Below, piece after piece: positions 30,710 through 45,817 of a stretch of 64,000 nt of DNA. The stretch is from Dictyostelium discoideum (taxonomy: Eukaryota), in assembly GCA_000004695.1 (NCBI GenBank), contig CM000151.3, forward strand, positions 192,001 to 256,000. Direction: 5' to 3'. The stretch's first letter is position 1, and each line of letters starts with the position of its first letter. The position numbers and the translations under genes are program-made. Below the pieces are notes generated by a model. It searched no databases. It saw only the letters and a program-made list of their open reading frames with translations, and had not been told where the DNA came from.

Positions 30710-33244
30710 TCAACAATTAATATTTTAAATTCAAATTTATCATCAATTAATTCACAATTTATTGAAAATTATGAATTTGAAAAAGAATTATTAGAATTAG
30801 ATAAGAATCAAATTCAATTAGAATTTTTTACAACATTAGAAGAATTATCATTTTCAACATCAAATGATACAAAAGAGAAAGTTTTAGAATCTATTAATAG
30901 TATTTTATCAACTTCTGGTCAATCTTTAACAACTTCATGGCCAATTATTTTAAGTATTTTGTTAAGAATGTCAAAATGTAATGAAAAGAGATTCATTTCA
31001 TTATCATTTTCAAGTTTAGAATTAATTTGTAATGAATTTTTATCAAATTTAACACCTGAATGTTTAGCATTAACCATTGAATTGATTGAAAGTTTTGTTT
31101 CACAAAAAGCTGATATCAATATAAGTTTAACTGGTTCATCGGGTTTATTGACAGATTTAACTTATTTCTTGGCAAATGAAAATTCAATTAAAACAAGTAA
31201 ATATCAAGTTTCAGATGGTAAAGCAATTGACCCAGTTAAAGAATCACATAGTCAATGTAGGTTCACTAAAACTTTGAATTCACGTATACGTCCATCCATT
31301 TCAGAGTCAAGTCCATTCTTTAAGGAGAAAAATAAATCATTGATTGATAGAATGTGGTTATGTTCTTTCAATTCTATGAAAACCTTATGTATTGATGTTA
31401 GACCTGCAATTAGAAATGGTGTAGTGGTTTCATTATTTCAAATTTTAACAACTTATTTCCATTTGTTTGAAAAGGAGTTATTGGATGTCATATTGTGGTC
31501 AATTCTATTCCCATTGATTCAAGAGATTAAATCATTCTCTGAAAAGGCTGATCAAGAAAGAATAGATTCTGATCTAGGTGGTGGTGTCATGTTGTTGGTA
31601 CATCATAGTAGAAACACTGCTCAAAAACAATGGGATGAAACTCAAGTACTCTCAATTGGTGGTATGGTTAGAATTTTTAAAACATTTTTTGATCAACTTT
31701 TCACTTTACCAACTTTTGATGCAGCTTGGTCAACTTTATTAAATCATCTTCAAACCGAATCTAAATCATCATCAAAGGAGGTTTCATTGACTTCACTCTC
31801 GTTCATTCATGAGATTGTAAATACTCCATCCATTATTGACCCATCACATCCACAATTGGCCGAGTCGATTTGGGAATGTTTATTACATTTGTCTCCAAAG
31901 TTATTTGATCCACAAAATTCTGTACCAAAATCATTGTCTGTCTATATCAAGGTTTTCACAGATTTGTTCAATAAAACTCGTCCTCAATTGAATCATGCAC
32001 AAATGAATCGTGCTTTGGAGATCATTTTCCCAATGGGTTTATTCATTGGTGATTCTTCAACCGTTTTATCAAATCCACAAACTCATGCCATTCAATTGAT
32101 TAAATCATTACCACCAATCACTGTGGATATTTTCCCATCGGTGATTTCAATACTTTTGAAATATATCTCGATTGGTATCAATATGGTTTCACCACCATTC
32201 ACACCAACTTCAGCAACTTGTGATTTCATATTCCCACCACAAACTCCAATTACAAAGGATTTAGTCTACTATTCAACCATCACTGAACAATCAATCGATT
32301 TAATCTATGAACTATTTTCACATTCTTCAACAACTGATGAAATGAGATCATTGGTATTCGAAGATATCATAAAGGTATTGGGTGCTTCAATGTTAACCAA
32401 ATATCAAAAATATCATTCAACCATTTGGAAACTTTCTGTATCAAATTTAATTAAACTATTACCATCTGGTCTATTGGCAATTAATATCGATTCAAATCAT
32501 TTAAATGATATTAAAAGAAATATCATTTGGACAGAGTTAATCGATTCAATTCAAACTTTTATACTTCATGAAAGACCAAATCATCAAATTTCACCAGAGA
32601 AAAGATTAGAAGAGGATCAATATGATATTGATCTTATCAATGCAATTTCAAAGGAAATGGTTGGTTTCTCTGGTATTAAAGTTGAACGTGTTTCAATCAT
32701 TCGTGATAGATTAGTTGAAATTTTACAAGAAGGTTCGGTTTTATCTGCTCATGGTCGTGAAAAAGTTGCTCAATCTTGTTATAGAAATATGTTTTCAATT
32801 TGTTCAACTACAAATAATAATAATAATAATAATAATAAAAACGATAATAATAATAATAACAATACCGATGATAATGATGGTAATCAAGCTTCAGAATCAA
32901 TTGAAATTGCTAAAGTAGTATTACCAGTGGTTTTAAAACGTTGTAAAGATGTTTTAACAAGATTTGTAATTGATGAAAGACAATCTGGTAATTATCCATT
33001 ACCAAGATATCGATTATCTGAAATCTCTTTTATCTTGAAAGAAATTTATGAATTACAATTACAATCAGGTGTTTATCAACCATTAAATAATAGTACAACT
33101 ATAATTAAACCCGAATGTAAAAGACCTCATCTATTAGAATTATATACTATACTTTGTGATTGTATTTGTACTTCTGAAAAAGAAATTAAAGAATTATTAA
33201 AAAATATATTTTTAATTATCTCGAAAGAATTTTTAAATTTATAA
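27294..33244 (+). CDS. mon2: MON2 homolog (Arf-GEF-like Golgi/endosome scaffold), about 1.85k aa; 4 exons (27294-27473, 27579-27708, 27819-28604, 28701-33244)
   Basis: The N-terminus MEKNKSALLSFLEMDLRNISSEARNKLLNIKEASERGILYIKYL aligns with human MON2 [69 protein letters not shown] aligns with [34 protein letters not shown]. The donors are gtaatt, gtatgt and gtgaat, each followed by an AT-rich intron. The last exon is 4.5 kb with poly-N, poly-Q and poly-T inserts. Confidence 0.9.
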
Positions 33245-33407
33245 AATTTAAAATAAATAAATAAATAAATAAAAAAATTATAATTATAAAAAAAAAAAAA
33301 AAATTAAAATTAAAATAAATCTTTAATCTTTTTTTTTTTTTAATCAATTTTAATATTATAATGATTAAATTGAAAAAAAAAAAAAAAAGAAAAAAGATTT
33401 TTTTAAT

Positions 33408-33744
33408 TTAATTTATTTTTTTATTACTAATTAGTAATAAAATTAAAAAGTAATTACAAAAACAAAAAATAAAATGATGAATAAAGAAGATATTGAGTTT
33501 AAATGAAGAATTACAGTATAATTCTCTCAAAAATGCATTCTGTCCACAATCGTCACTTTCTTTAGTAAAGATTCTATCTGATAGAGAACAAATTGTTTTT
33601 TTACAATGTTTTGAAACACAGGATTTTGTATAATAATTACTACCATCCAAAGAGCACTTATTATCGAATGCACACTTTTCCACACCGTCTGAATAAATAG
33701 ATTTGTATATTTCTGGCATGTTCAATACAAATACCATCAGAGCA

Positions 33745-33782
<38 letters not shown>

Positions 33783-34078
33783 AATAATATTATAATATTT
33801 GTTAATTTATTAATTTTATTATTACTACTAACATATAAATCTTTATTGTAATCACACATATCTTTAGAGCAGTCAGCACCTAATCCAGCGAGTTGTTTTT
33901 TAAAACAAACAATTGACCAAAGCACTGGCTTGAATAGGTGCACGATTCACCCTCAAATTTTATTTTTTTACATATATCATCTATACAATATTCATCATAA
34001 TTGCAATTGGAATTCAATCCATTACAATTTTCAGAAGATTTAAATTTACATTTGTTATTTACATAAAAATATCTTTAA
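33408..34078 (-). CDS. Cys-rich small secreted protein, multi-exon, structure unresolved
   Basis: Several minus-strand ORF segments are rich in Cys (NKCKFKSSENCNGLNSNCNYDEYCIDDICKK; ADCSKDMCDYNKDLYV; KCAFDNKCSLDGSNYYTKSCVSKHCKKTICSLSDRIFTKESDDCGQNAFLRELYCNSS). They lie in different frames and are separated by short AT-rich and oligo-T intron-like spacers. Confidence 0.35.
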
Positions 34079-34561
34079 AATTCAAAAAAAAAAAAAAAGA
34101 AAAAAAAAAAAAAAGAAAAATTAATGGGTTTGGGAGTTGAATAGAAAATAAAAAATATAATTAAAAAAAAAAAAAGAGGCCAGCACTGCATAAAATTACT
34201 TAAATTTTGTATCCTGCCAACTTTTAGGGTTTATTTGAAAAAGATCTTACATTTATTTTTTTAAAATAATTTAAACTTTTTTTCAAAACAATCATTTTTT
34301 TTGTAGCTAAATAATTTTTTTACCCACTACAAAAAAAATTTTAAAAATAGAAATAATAAATATAAATAATTTTTTTATTTATAAATTTTATATCTAGATG
34401 TTGAACAACACTTATTTAATTTAATTATTTTTTTTTTATTTTAGGAAATTTAATTAAAAAAATGAAAATTTCATTTGTGTTTTTTTATTTTTTTTTTTTT
34501 TTTTTTTTGTTTTTTTTTTTTTTAATTTGGTTTGATATTATTTTCATATGTAAAAATAAAA

Positions 34562-34895
34562 ATGTTAAGATCAATAATTAAAACAAAAAACATAGTTCAA
34601 AAATCATCAATAATAAATCAATTATTTAAATATAAAAATAATTCTATAGGAACAATAAAAGATAATAGTAATAATAATAATAATTATTTTAAAAGAAACT
34701 TTACATCATATGATGAATTAGGTAGAAATTTTTTAAAGAATTATAGAAATGTTAAAGATGAATTTTCATCTTCAAAACTATATGAAAAAATTAATGATGA
34801 AAATAAAGAATTATTAAAAAAAATTGATTCTAAAAATTCCTTATATCTTTCAAAATTAATTACAACAGGTATGTATGTGTATATTTATTTTTTAG

Positions 34896-34930
<35 letters not shown>

Positions 34931-35913
34931 AAATTTTATTTATTTATAAATAAAAAATAATAATAATAATAGTTGAATCATCAAGAGAAGATCATCAAGA
35001 ACAAAGTAGAATGATTATATCATATTTATCAAGTTTAGCAAAAGAAAAAGGTACACAATATAATTCATTTCGTATTGGTATTAGTGGACCACCAGGAGCA
35101 GGTAAATCAACATTCATTGAAGCATTTGGAAAATATTTAACATCATTAGGACATAGGGTTGCAGTATTGGCAATTGACCCATCGTCAGTAAGATCTGGTG
35201 GTTCAATTTTAGGTGATAAAACTAGAATGACAGAATTGGCAGTAGACGAGAATGCCTATGTCAGACCATCAGCAACTAGAGGCTCATTGGGTGGCATAAC
35301 TAAAGGAACTTCCGACACTATCATTCTATGCGAATCTGCAGGATACGATATAGTTATAGTTGAAACCGTTGGTGTTGGTCAATCTGAGGTGTCAATAGAC
35401 GATATGGTAGATTGTTTCGTTCTGTTAGTGCCACCTGCAAATGGCGACGAACTTCAAGGTTTAAAAAAAGGTATTGTAGAATCTGCCGATATCGTAGTGG
35501 TTAATAAAGCCGATGGCGAATTATTACCAAAAGCAAGATTCACCGTCTCAGAGTACACTTCGGCTTTCAAGCTCCAAAGACCAAAAAATCAGCATTGGAT
35601 CTCCAAAGTTGTGTCATGTTCTTCCATTTCAAAGGAACATATCGATAAAGTTTGGAATACAATGTGTGAATTTAAAAAAGTTATGATGAATTGTGGTGAC
35701 TTAAAAACTAAAAGATCACTTCAAAAAGAAACTTTTATGAAGAAATTATTAGAAGAAGAATTATTAACTTTACTCCATCACAATGAAGATGTTCAAAAAG
35801 TTTTACCTTACTTTGAACAACAAGTGAAAGATGGTATTCTTTCACCAACTTTAGCATCAAATGAAATAATTAAAACATTTTTAATTTCTGAAAAAAATAA
35901 ACCAATTAAATAA
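34562..35913 (+). CDS. Methylmalonic aciduria type A protein homolog (MeaB/ArgK G3E-family GTPase), mitochondrial; 2 exons (34562-34868, 34973-35913)
   Basis: Exon 1 is a presequence-like N-terminus (MLRSIIKTKNIVQKSS...). After a gtatgt donor, exon 2 carries the P-loop GISGPPGAGKST, then the switch regions DPSS...GGSILGDKTRM, VETVGVGQSE and the NKADG motif, all typical of MeaB/MMAA. Confidence 0.9.
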
Positions 35914-35991
35914 TAATAATAACAAATAACAAATAAAAGTTTTTTTTTTTTAAACTTTTTTTTTTTAAACTTTTTATTTTATTTTATTTTT

Positions 35992-36659
35992 TTAAAATCT
36001 TGTAACAATCATTTTTTCACCAGTTGAAGTTGTAATTGGTCTTGAATAAGTTAAAATGAATTGTTCTAAAGAATTACCAGGTGGAATTGTTGATTTAATG
36101 AATGGTTCAATATCATCAATTGACCAACGAGTTGAAATTTGAAATAATTCTTTGAATCTTGCTTTTGGAATTGTTGGTAATATTGATTCATTTATAAATT
36201 TAACGGATTTCTCTTTTGGATTGGTTGATGATGATGGTATTAAAATTGCAATTCCTTTTAACATTGAAAAGTTTGGTTGAATTTCAATTGGTAATGTGTC
36301 TTTCCAATTATCCATAAAATCTTCAAATTTCATATTACTTTTATTTGATAATGTTAATAATTGTTTTGCTCTAAAAATACAAACTTTATTAAAATCTAAT
36401 GAACAAATATTTTCATCATTATTATCATCACCACCACCACCTTTTATTTCTTCACCACCACCACCACTATTTGTTGGTGATTTCTGTTTACTATATAATT
36501 GTAAACAATGCTTAATTATAAATTCAGGTGCTCTTATATTCTCTATACATTTATCAATTGGTATATTATCTAATTTCCATGCACCGATTGTTGCTTCTGA
36601 TAATATTAATTCTAAAATTTTAAATTCATAATTTTCTGAAAGTACAATATACCTATCTG

Positions 36660-36693
<34 letters not shown>

Positions 36694-37289
36694 TTCTTCT
36701 TTATCATGATTGTTTTTTTATATTAAAACTTACTTTTATAAATTAAAGTATTTAATTTTAATAAATATTGTTGAATTTCTTTCTCACTTGATTGAATTCT
36801 ATCAATTATTTCATCAAAAGAGAAACCTAATAAATTTTCATCATCTTCAAAATCTAATGAATTATCAATTGCTTTAGAGTATAATAAATCTTTTAAAACA
36901 TTTAATTTTGGTTGTATCTCTGTTAATTCTAAATGATATTGTAATGCTACTTTAATTTTATTAGTGTCTTTTGATACTAATAACATTGAATTTGATGTAT
37001 GTCCTGCTCTAATTGTAAATGTTTTATCATCTGTACATAATACTGCTTCATCTGTTAATGAACCTTTTATAACTAATCTTTTTATTTAGAAATAAAAAAT
37101 AATTATAATAAATATTATCATAATATTAATACCAGTGATTCAGTTTATGTATAGATATCTATACATACTTTTTATTATTTTTAATTTGATCTAAAATTTC
37201 TTGATTTGCTTCTAAAAATCTATAGTCAGTATCTGGATAATCTGATGAAAATGTGATTACTTTGGTATCATCATCATCATTTGGTGTCA
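35992..37289 (-). CDS. Sister chromatid cohesion protein DCC1/DSCC1 homolog; 3 exons (37289-37167, about 37082-36731, about 36657-35992)
   Basis: SLVIKGSLTDEAVLCTDDKTFTIRAGHTSNSMLLV aligns with human DSCC1 SLVIRGDKDEQAVLCSKDKTYDLKIADTSNMLLFI. EDFMDNWKDTLPIEIQPNFSMLKGIAILI aligns with AEFQEVWQQSVPEGMVTSLDQLKGLALV. KELFQISTRWSIDDIEPFIKS aligns with NSLFSLREKWTEEDIAPYIQD. Confidence 0.85.
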
Positions 37290-37504
37290 TTTTTTTTATT
37301 TATTTTAATTGGTATTTGTTTATTATTAAAGTTGGGAAATAAAAAAAAAAAAAAAAAATAAAATAAAAAAAAAATGAAAAAAGTTTTTTTTTTTATTGGC
37401 GCCAAAATAAATAGAATAATAAAAAAGAATCAAAAGATATTTACTAATTTTATTTTAATACTATTTACAAATTTTATTTTTATATGCTTTTTTTTTTTTT
37501 TTTT

Positions 37505-37548
37505 TTAGTGCTCAACTGTTATATTGCCACCATTATTATTATTATTCA

Positions 37549-37605
<57 letters not shown>

Positions 37606-38059
37606 TATTATTATTCATGTTATTATTATGATTCATATTATTATTATGATTCATATTATTATGATTCATATTATTATTATTATTATGATTCAAATTATTA
37701 TTATTCATATTATTACTATTCATACTATTTCCACTATTATTGTTATTACTATTACTATGATGATGACTACCATCAGGTCTATCTTTTTTTGATTTTTTCT
37801 TTTCACCACTTGTAGAACTGCTACTTGAACCATCTCTATGTTTTCTCTTTTTCTTATCTCTATGTTTTTTATCTCTCTTTTTATCTTTATCAGGTCTTTG
37901 ATAACCACCATCTAATAAAGTGAAAGCTGATCTCAATTGACTATCATCCAATGATAATAAAATTAATTCTTGTTGATTTTCATCAAAAAAGTTACCTTCA
38001 ACTAATCTTGTTAAACCTCCTGGTGGTTTAGGTGGTTCTGGTTGTTGAGGTTGTTGAGG

Positions 38060-38097
<38 letters not shown>

Positions 38098-38482
38098 GCT
38101 GTGGTGGTACACCCATATTAACATCTTGTTGACCACTTGCATTTGTATTATTACTATTATTATTATTATTACTATTATTATTATTATTACTACTACTACT
38201 ACTACTATGCTTTGATTTCTCTCTTTTAATATAATTATCACCTGGTAAATTCTTTACATAAGATTTATAAGTTGAAGATAAATGTTTTGAATTAAATTCA
38301 TTTAATGTTTTATAAAGATTAAAATGTTCTAATAAATTTGTTTCTCCTGTTATATTTTCTGATGATTCTATTTTATTTAAAATAACAAAAATTAATATTA
38401 GAAATTGAAAAAAAGTGAACAAAAAATATACATATATATATTTACTTTCTATAGGGTTTATAAGATAAAGTGAAGAAGACAT
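37505..38482 (-). CDS. med19: Mediator complex subunit 19 (Med19/Rox3) homolog; 2 exons (38482-38441, about 38369-37505)
   Basis: [51 protein letters not shown] aligns with human MED19 FYLMRELPGSTELTGSTNLITHYNLEQAYNKFCGKKVKEKLSNFLPDLPG. A Lys/Arg/His-rich tail [20 protein letters not shown] follows, as in MED19. The poly-Q, poly-N and (NNM)n C-terminal tail is low-complexity. Confidence 0.85.
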
Positions 38483-38688
38483 TTTTATTAAAATTCAAAA
38501 AAACATATAAAAGTTTTATTTATGTGTATTAAAAAAAAAAATGAAAAATTAAAAAAATTTTTTTTTTTTTTTTTTTTTTATTTTTCTTTTTTTTCTTTTT
38601 TTTTTTTTTCTTTTTTTCATATTTTTTAATTAATTTTCAAAATAAAATAAAAAAATATCTAAGAATATCAATTTTTTTAATTTTTTTT

Positions 38689-40323
38689 ATGGATTTATTA
38701 TTTTTTAAAGTATGGAGAAATAAATATTTAAATAACTATATTTATAAAATTGTTGAAGAATTTGAATATTATAAACAAAGAAAACCAATTAAAAATAGTA
38801 AAATTTTAAGAAAATTGAAAAATGGTCAATATCTTACAAATATAATTTTAAATAGTAAATCAGTATTTATTGATGGTTATGAATTACCTGAAACCATATC
38901 AATATTAGAATTGGGTGGTAAAATGGTGTCACCCTTAAAAGAGAATAACATAACTCCATACATCAGCAAACTAATAATCAGTAGTGTTTCAATTAATTAT
39001 AGTATTCCATCGTCAATTTTACCAACTCATTCAATTACACATTTAAAATTTTGTAATCAGTGTGAAATTAATATTGAATTTCAAATTGGGACATTACCAC
39101 CGTCATTGAGAACACTCTATTTAGGAAACTACAAACATCCTTTAAAAGAAGGCATTCTACCCACTGGTTTACTAAAATTAACAATACACTCATACGAATA
39201 CCCAATTAAAAAAAATGATATCCCAAACACTGTAAAAGTACTAACCTATGGTAAAAAATTCATAGGTTGTAAACCTGCAAATAGCGATACCAACACTAAT
39301 AGCAATATTAATACCAATACTAATAAAATTAATAAATTGTTAAATATTGTTATACCAAATTCAGTTGAAGAATTATCAATTTTATTTGATATTGGTTATA
39401 TACCGATTTTAGCAGACTCTATTAGAAAATTAACTATTGGGAGATTAAATTTTAATTTAGAATTTACAGATAAATTAAATAAGAGAACATTCCCATACAA
39501 TTATTGTTTTTTACCAGAGAATATAACTGATTTAACATTTTTACAAATTATACCATTATACAATACATATGGTGGTAAATGGATTATTAATGATGATATA
39601 TTACCAAAATCATTAATATCTTTAAAATTTGGATTTTTATGTTCAATTGAATTTTTAAATAATTCATTATCATCTTTAAAAAATTTAAAAGAATTAGAAT
39701 TATTAAATAGTTATTTTTTACCAAAACCAACGTCAACAAAATCAAAATCATCTACAACGATGATGACACAATTATTTAAATTTGAAATACCAAAATCAAT
39801 AGAGAAATTAAAATTATCAAGAGATTTTTCAATTTTAAATTCAATAGTTAATAAAGAATTGTTGTTACCATTATTATCAGATTTATCAATTGGGTTATAT
39901 GATGATAATGATGATGATAAGTTTAATTATTTAGGATCATTACCTGAAACAATTAAAATATTAGAAATTCAAATTAGTAATTTAGGAATTGAGAGATCAT
40001 TTTCATCAATTACATCATTAAAGATATCTGGTATTAATTTTCAAAATATTAATATTGTACCTTTTAAAGCACCATTATTGAAATCATTAGAATTTGATGA
40101 TAATTTTAATAATAAAATTTGTATTGATTTTATACCGAAATCTGTAACAACTTTAATATTTGGTAATCGTTTTAATAGACCATTATCATCATTAAATCTA
40201 CCACAATCTTTAACAAAATTAACATTAGGTTGTAGATTTCCAAAAGAAAATATTAATCAACTTTATAATCAATTACCAAATTTAAAATTAATAAATTTTA
40301 AAAAAAAATTCGAACTTCTTTAA
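38689..40323 (+). CDS. FNIP repeat-containing protein, 544 aa, single exon
   Basis: The protein shows repeated FNIP-type units of about 22 aa, such as LIFGNRFNRPLSSLNLPQSLTKLTLGCRF, LKFGFLCSIEFLNNSLSSLKNL and LYLGNYKHPLKEGILPTGLLKLTI. This is the Dictyostelium-type FNIP repeat. Confidence 0.85.
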   Translation: MDLLFFKVWRNKYLNNYIYKIVEEFEYYKQRKPIKNSKILRKLKNGQYLTNIILNSKSVFIDGYELPETISILELGGKMVSPLKENNITPYISKLIISSVSINYSIPSSILPTHSITHLKFCNQCEINIEFQIGTLPPSLRTLYLGNYKHPLKEGILPTGLLKLTIHSYEYPIKKNDIPNTVKVLTYGKKFIGCKPANSDTNTNSNINTNTNKINKLLNIVIPNSVEELSILFDIGYIPILADSIRKLTIGRLNFNLEFTDKLNKRTFPYNYCFLPENITDLTFLQIIPLYNTYGGKWIINDDILPKSLISLKFGFLCSIEFLNNSLSSLKNLKELELLNSYFLPKPTSTKSKSSTTMMTQLFKFEIPKSIEKLKLSRDFSILNSIVNKELLLPLLSDLSIGLYDDNDDDKFNYLGSLPETIKILEIQISNLGIERSFSSITSLKISGINFQNINIVPFKAPLLKSLEFDDNFNNKICIDFIPKSVTTLIFGNRFNRPLSSLNLPQSLTKLTLGCRFPKENINQLYNQLPNLKLINFKKKFELL

Positions 40324-40356
40324 ATAAAATTTATTATTATATATTATATTATTATT

Positions 40357-42234
<1,878 letters not shown>

Positions 42235-42320
42235 TGTTGGTTATTATTACACTATTTTTTTCGAAAATAGGTTTTTTTATTTTTTTTTTTATTTTACATA
42301 AAATAAATTTAAAATAAAAT

Positions 42321-42351
<31 letters not shown>

Positions 42352-42745
42352 GATTTTTTTTATCGACCAAAAACTCCAATTTAAGATTTTTCCATCACTT
42401 TTTTTATTTTCAAATAAAAAAAAAAAAAAAAATAAAAATAAAAATAAAAATAAAAATAAAAATAAAAATAAAAAATAAATAAAAAAACAAATAAAAGTGT
42501 ATAATTTATTTTTTATAATTTATTTTTTTTTTTTATTAATACCATCTTTTGTTGTATTAATATTCAATAATTTAAATAAATAACAAATAAAAAAAAAAAA
42601 AAAAAAAACTTTTTTTTCGAATTTTTATTTTTATTTTATTTTTTTTTTTTTTTTTGTCGGTCGGTTTTTTTGAAATTTTGATCTTTTTTTTTTTTTTTTT
42701 TTTAATTTTTATTTTTGTAACAAGTCATTGTATAATATAAATAAA

Positions 42746-44537
42746 ATGACAAAGAAAACAACTACTTCCACAACTCTAACTAAAAAAAGACCATTAAATG
42801 AAGTAACAACCAAGAAATCAACCACAAACTTAACTAAAAAGAAACCATTAAAACAAGTTACAACTAAAAAACCAATAGAAGTTGAAAAACCAGCATGGAA
42901 TGATGAAGAAGATGAAGATGAAGATGAAAATGAAAATTCAGATGAAAAAATAAATAATACAATTGAAGAAGAAGAAGAAAAAGAAGAAAAAGTAGAAGAA
43001 AATGAAGAAGAAAAAATTAAAGAAAATGAAGAAGAAAAAGGAGATAATAATGAAGAAGAAGAGGATGAAAAAATTGTTAAAAAAACAAAAGTTTCAAATG
43101 AAAGTGCTTGGGCAGATGAAGAAGATGTTGGTAAATTTAAAAATAGATCTTTATTAAGTGTGTATGTATAAATTAATTTCTATTTCTATTAATTTAAATA
43201 AATATATATATATATATATATAAATAATATATTTATATTTTAACTTTTTTATTTTTTTTATTTTTTTTATTTTTTTTTTTAAAAAAAAAATAGAACACCA
43301 GAATGGGCAAAAATTAAAGAAAAAGGTGAAGATGATAAAGAAGAAGAAAATGTTTTTAATAGTAATAAGAATTTAGTTAATAATAATGAATTTAGAATTT
43401 TACAAGATAGAACTAGAAGTTCATTAACATCAAAAGTTACTGGTGTAGCATATGGTTCAAATGGTAATGTATTTATGGCAGATTCAAAAGGTATATTTAA
43501 AGTTTTTTCACGTGAAATCGAAGCTTCAAAAATATATGATAAACAATTATACGAGAGTAAATTTGTTGATTTCTCAATTACAAACCTTTACTATATTGAA
43601 AAATCAAATGAAGTAATTATAACCGGTCTTGATAAAGAGTATTATTTTACTTTTGATGTTAAATCTGAAAAAATTACAAAACGTCCATTAAGAGGTAAGT
43701 TTTTAAATAGATAAAATAAATAGATAAAATAAATAAAAAAAATAAATTATATTAATATTTTTTTATGGGGTTTTTTTTTAAAAAAAAAAAGTTGGTAAAA
43801 ATTATTTAAAAAAATCAGCAATTTCAGAAGAATACTTTTCAATTTCAGATTCTACAGGTAGAATTATGATGATATCGACAGCAAGTAAGACCATAGTTAA
43901 TGAGGTTAGAATGCCATCAGCAGAGATAACAACAATGAAATTCTCATCGAATGGAAAGATATTGTTGATTTCATCAGAGGGCTACATTTTTTGTTACAAT
44001 GTTGATAGTATGTCAATGATTCATAAATTTAAGGATTATGGTAACTTTGGATTGAATTCGATTACCACCATTACATGTTCACCAAATGGTAATTATTTAG
44101 TGACAGGTTCTCAATCTGGTATTATCAATAGTTATCGTTTCTCTGATTGTATGGAACAAACCACACCAAAACCATTGAAAATCATTGACTCGATCGTTTA
44201 TCCAATCACTGGTTTAGAGTTTAGTCCAAACAGTTTAATGCTTTTGGCAAGTAGTGAATTTGATAAATTATCTTCAAAATTAATTTTATATCCATCTCAT
44301 CAAACTTTTAAAAATTTTAAACTATCATGTAAAGTTGAATCATTTTGTTTCTCTCAAAATTCTCAAAGACTTTTAATTGGTGAAGAAGATGGTAGTTTAA
44401 CATTATTAAGATTTAAACCTATAATTATTAATAATAATAAAAATTTTAAAAATAATAATAAGAATAATAAAAAATATAATAATAATAAAAATAATAAAAA
44501 TAATAATAAAAATAAAAATAATAAAAATAAAAAATAA
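42746..44537 (+). CDS. utp18: U3 snoRNP / SSU processome protein UTP18 homolog (WD40); 3 exons (42746-43153, 43292-43703, 43791-44537)
   Basis: The N-terminal region is acidic, with KK and E/D runs and a WADEEDV motif. The C-terminal WD region HKFKDYGNFGLNSITTITCSPNGNYLVTGSQSGIINSYRFSDCMEQTTPKPLKIIDSIVYPITGLEFSPNSLMLLASSEFDKLSSKLILYPSHQTFKNF aligns with human UTP18 NRFVDEGSLYGLSIATSRNGQYVACGSNCGVVNIYNQDSCLQETNPKPIKAIMNLVTGVTSLTFNPTTEILAIASEKMKEAVRLVHLPSCTVFSNF. The donors are gtgtatgt and gtaagt. Confidence 0.85.
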
Positions 44538-44639
44538 AATTAAAATTATAATAAAATCAATTAAAAAAGTGAATATAAAAAAAAAAAAAAAAAAAATAAT
44601 AATAAAAAAAGTTTAAAAAAAAAAAAAAAAGGTTTTGAG

Positions 44640-44760
44640 TGTGTGTGTTAATGTTGTGTGTAAAAATTATTAAAATAGGTGTGGGTATGTTTGTATATAT
44701 GAGTTTGGTATGGCGTTGGTGTGAATGAGTGGGTATGTATAAAATTATAAAGTTATTTTT
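44640..44760. promoter_or_regulatory. GT-rich island (C/A-rich on the minus strand), G-box/CAE-like
   Basis: The sequence ggttttgagtgtgtgtgttaatgttgtgtg...ggtgtgggtatgtttg...ggcgttggtgtgaatgagtgggtatg sits within roughly 85% AT DNA. Confidence 0.25.
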
Positions 44761-45014
44761 GTTTATATCGTATAACAATATAATTCTAAAAATATATCAT
44801 CAGAAATGTTTTTTTTTTTTTTCAAACCTTTTTTTATCTTTTTTTTTTTTTTTTTTTTTTGTTTATTTCAAATTAATAAATATGATCATCATAAAGTAAC
44901 CCCTAATTAATCTTTTTTTTTTAATTATAATTATTGTTATTTTTTTTTTATTTTTTTTTTTTATGAAAATCATCATCATCATCATTGGAACTAAGATTGA
45001 TTTAATTATTTTTT

Positions 45015-45063
<49 letters not shown>

Positions 45064-45566
45064 ATTTAATTGTGATCTACATATTTATTAGTATCGTTTT
45101 TTACCAATATTTTTTTTTAAAATTTTCTAATCATCAAGCACCACGTTAACAAACTATTAAAATCACAACATACAAACATACAAACATACAAACATACACT
45201 AAACATCTAATCCATAATTATCATAAAAAAGCTAAATATGGAAGTTTTTTTATTTTTATTATTTTTTTTTTTTCAAATAAATGGAAAATAATTTACCTAT
45301 TTTTACAATATCATTTTTAATCAATGTTCCATTATTTTTTAAAAATAAATGAAAATTCAAATAGTATAATTAAAGGATAAAAATAATTTTAATAATAATG
45401 ATAAAAGTAAAAAAGAAATTAGAATAATTAAAAAAAAAACATTGAATTTTTCAAAATAGAAACAAAAAAAATTAATTATTAAAAACTTCACTGTGAGGTG
45501 ATTATCATGTTTTCTACTTTATTATATTTATATAAATTAAATCATAAAATAAATAATTTGGGTATA

Positions 45567-45601
<35 letters not shown>

Positions 45602-45782
45602 ATATTGATTCCTTCAGATTATTTTACCCCTTTCAACACACAAAAAATATAAATTATTTGAAAAAAAAAAAAAAATAAAAAAAATAATAATAATAATTAT
45701 AATATTAACATATCAAGATTTTAATTAAAAAAAAATTTCCAAAAAAATAAAAAAAACAACGGAAAATCTCTCCATAAACACA

Positions 45783-45817
<35 letters not shown>

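Noticed and set aside
29495-30716. Several 60-86-aa minus-strand ORFs rich in Y, L and V
   Set aside because: They are antisense to the low-complexity poly-N, poly-Q and poly-T segments of the mon2 last exon.
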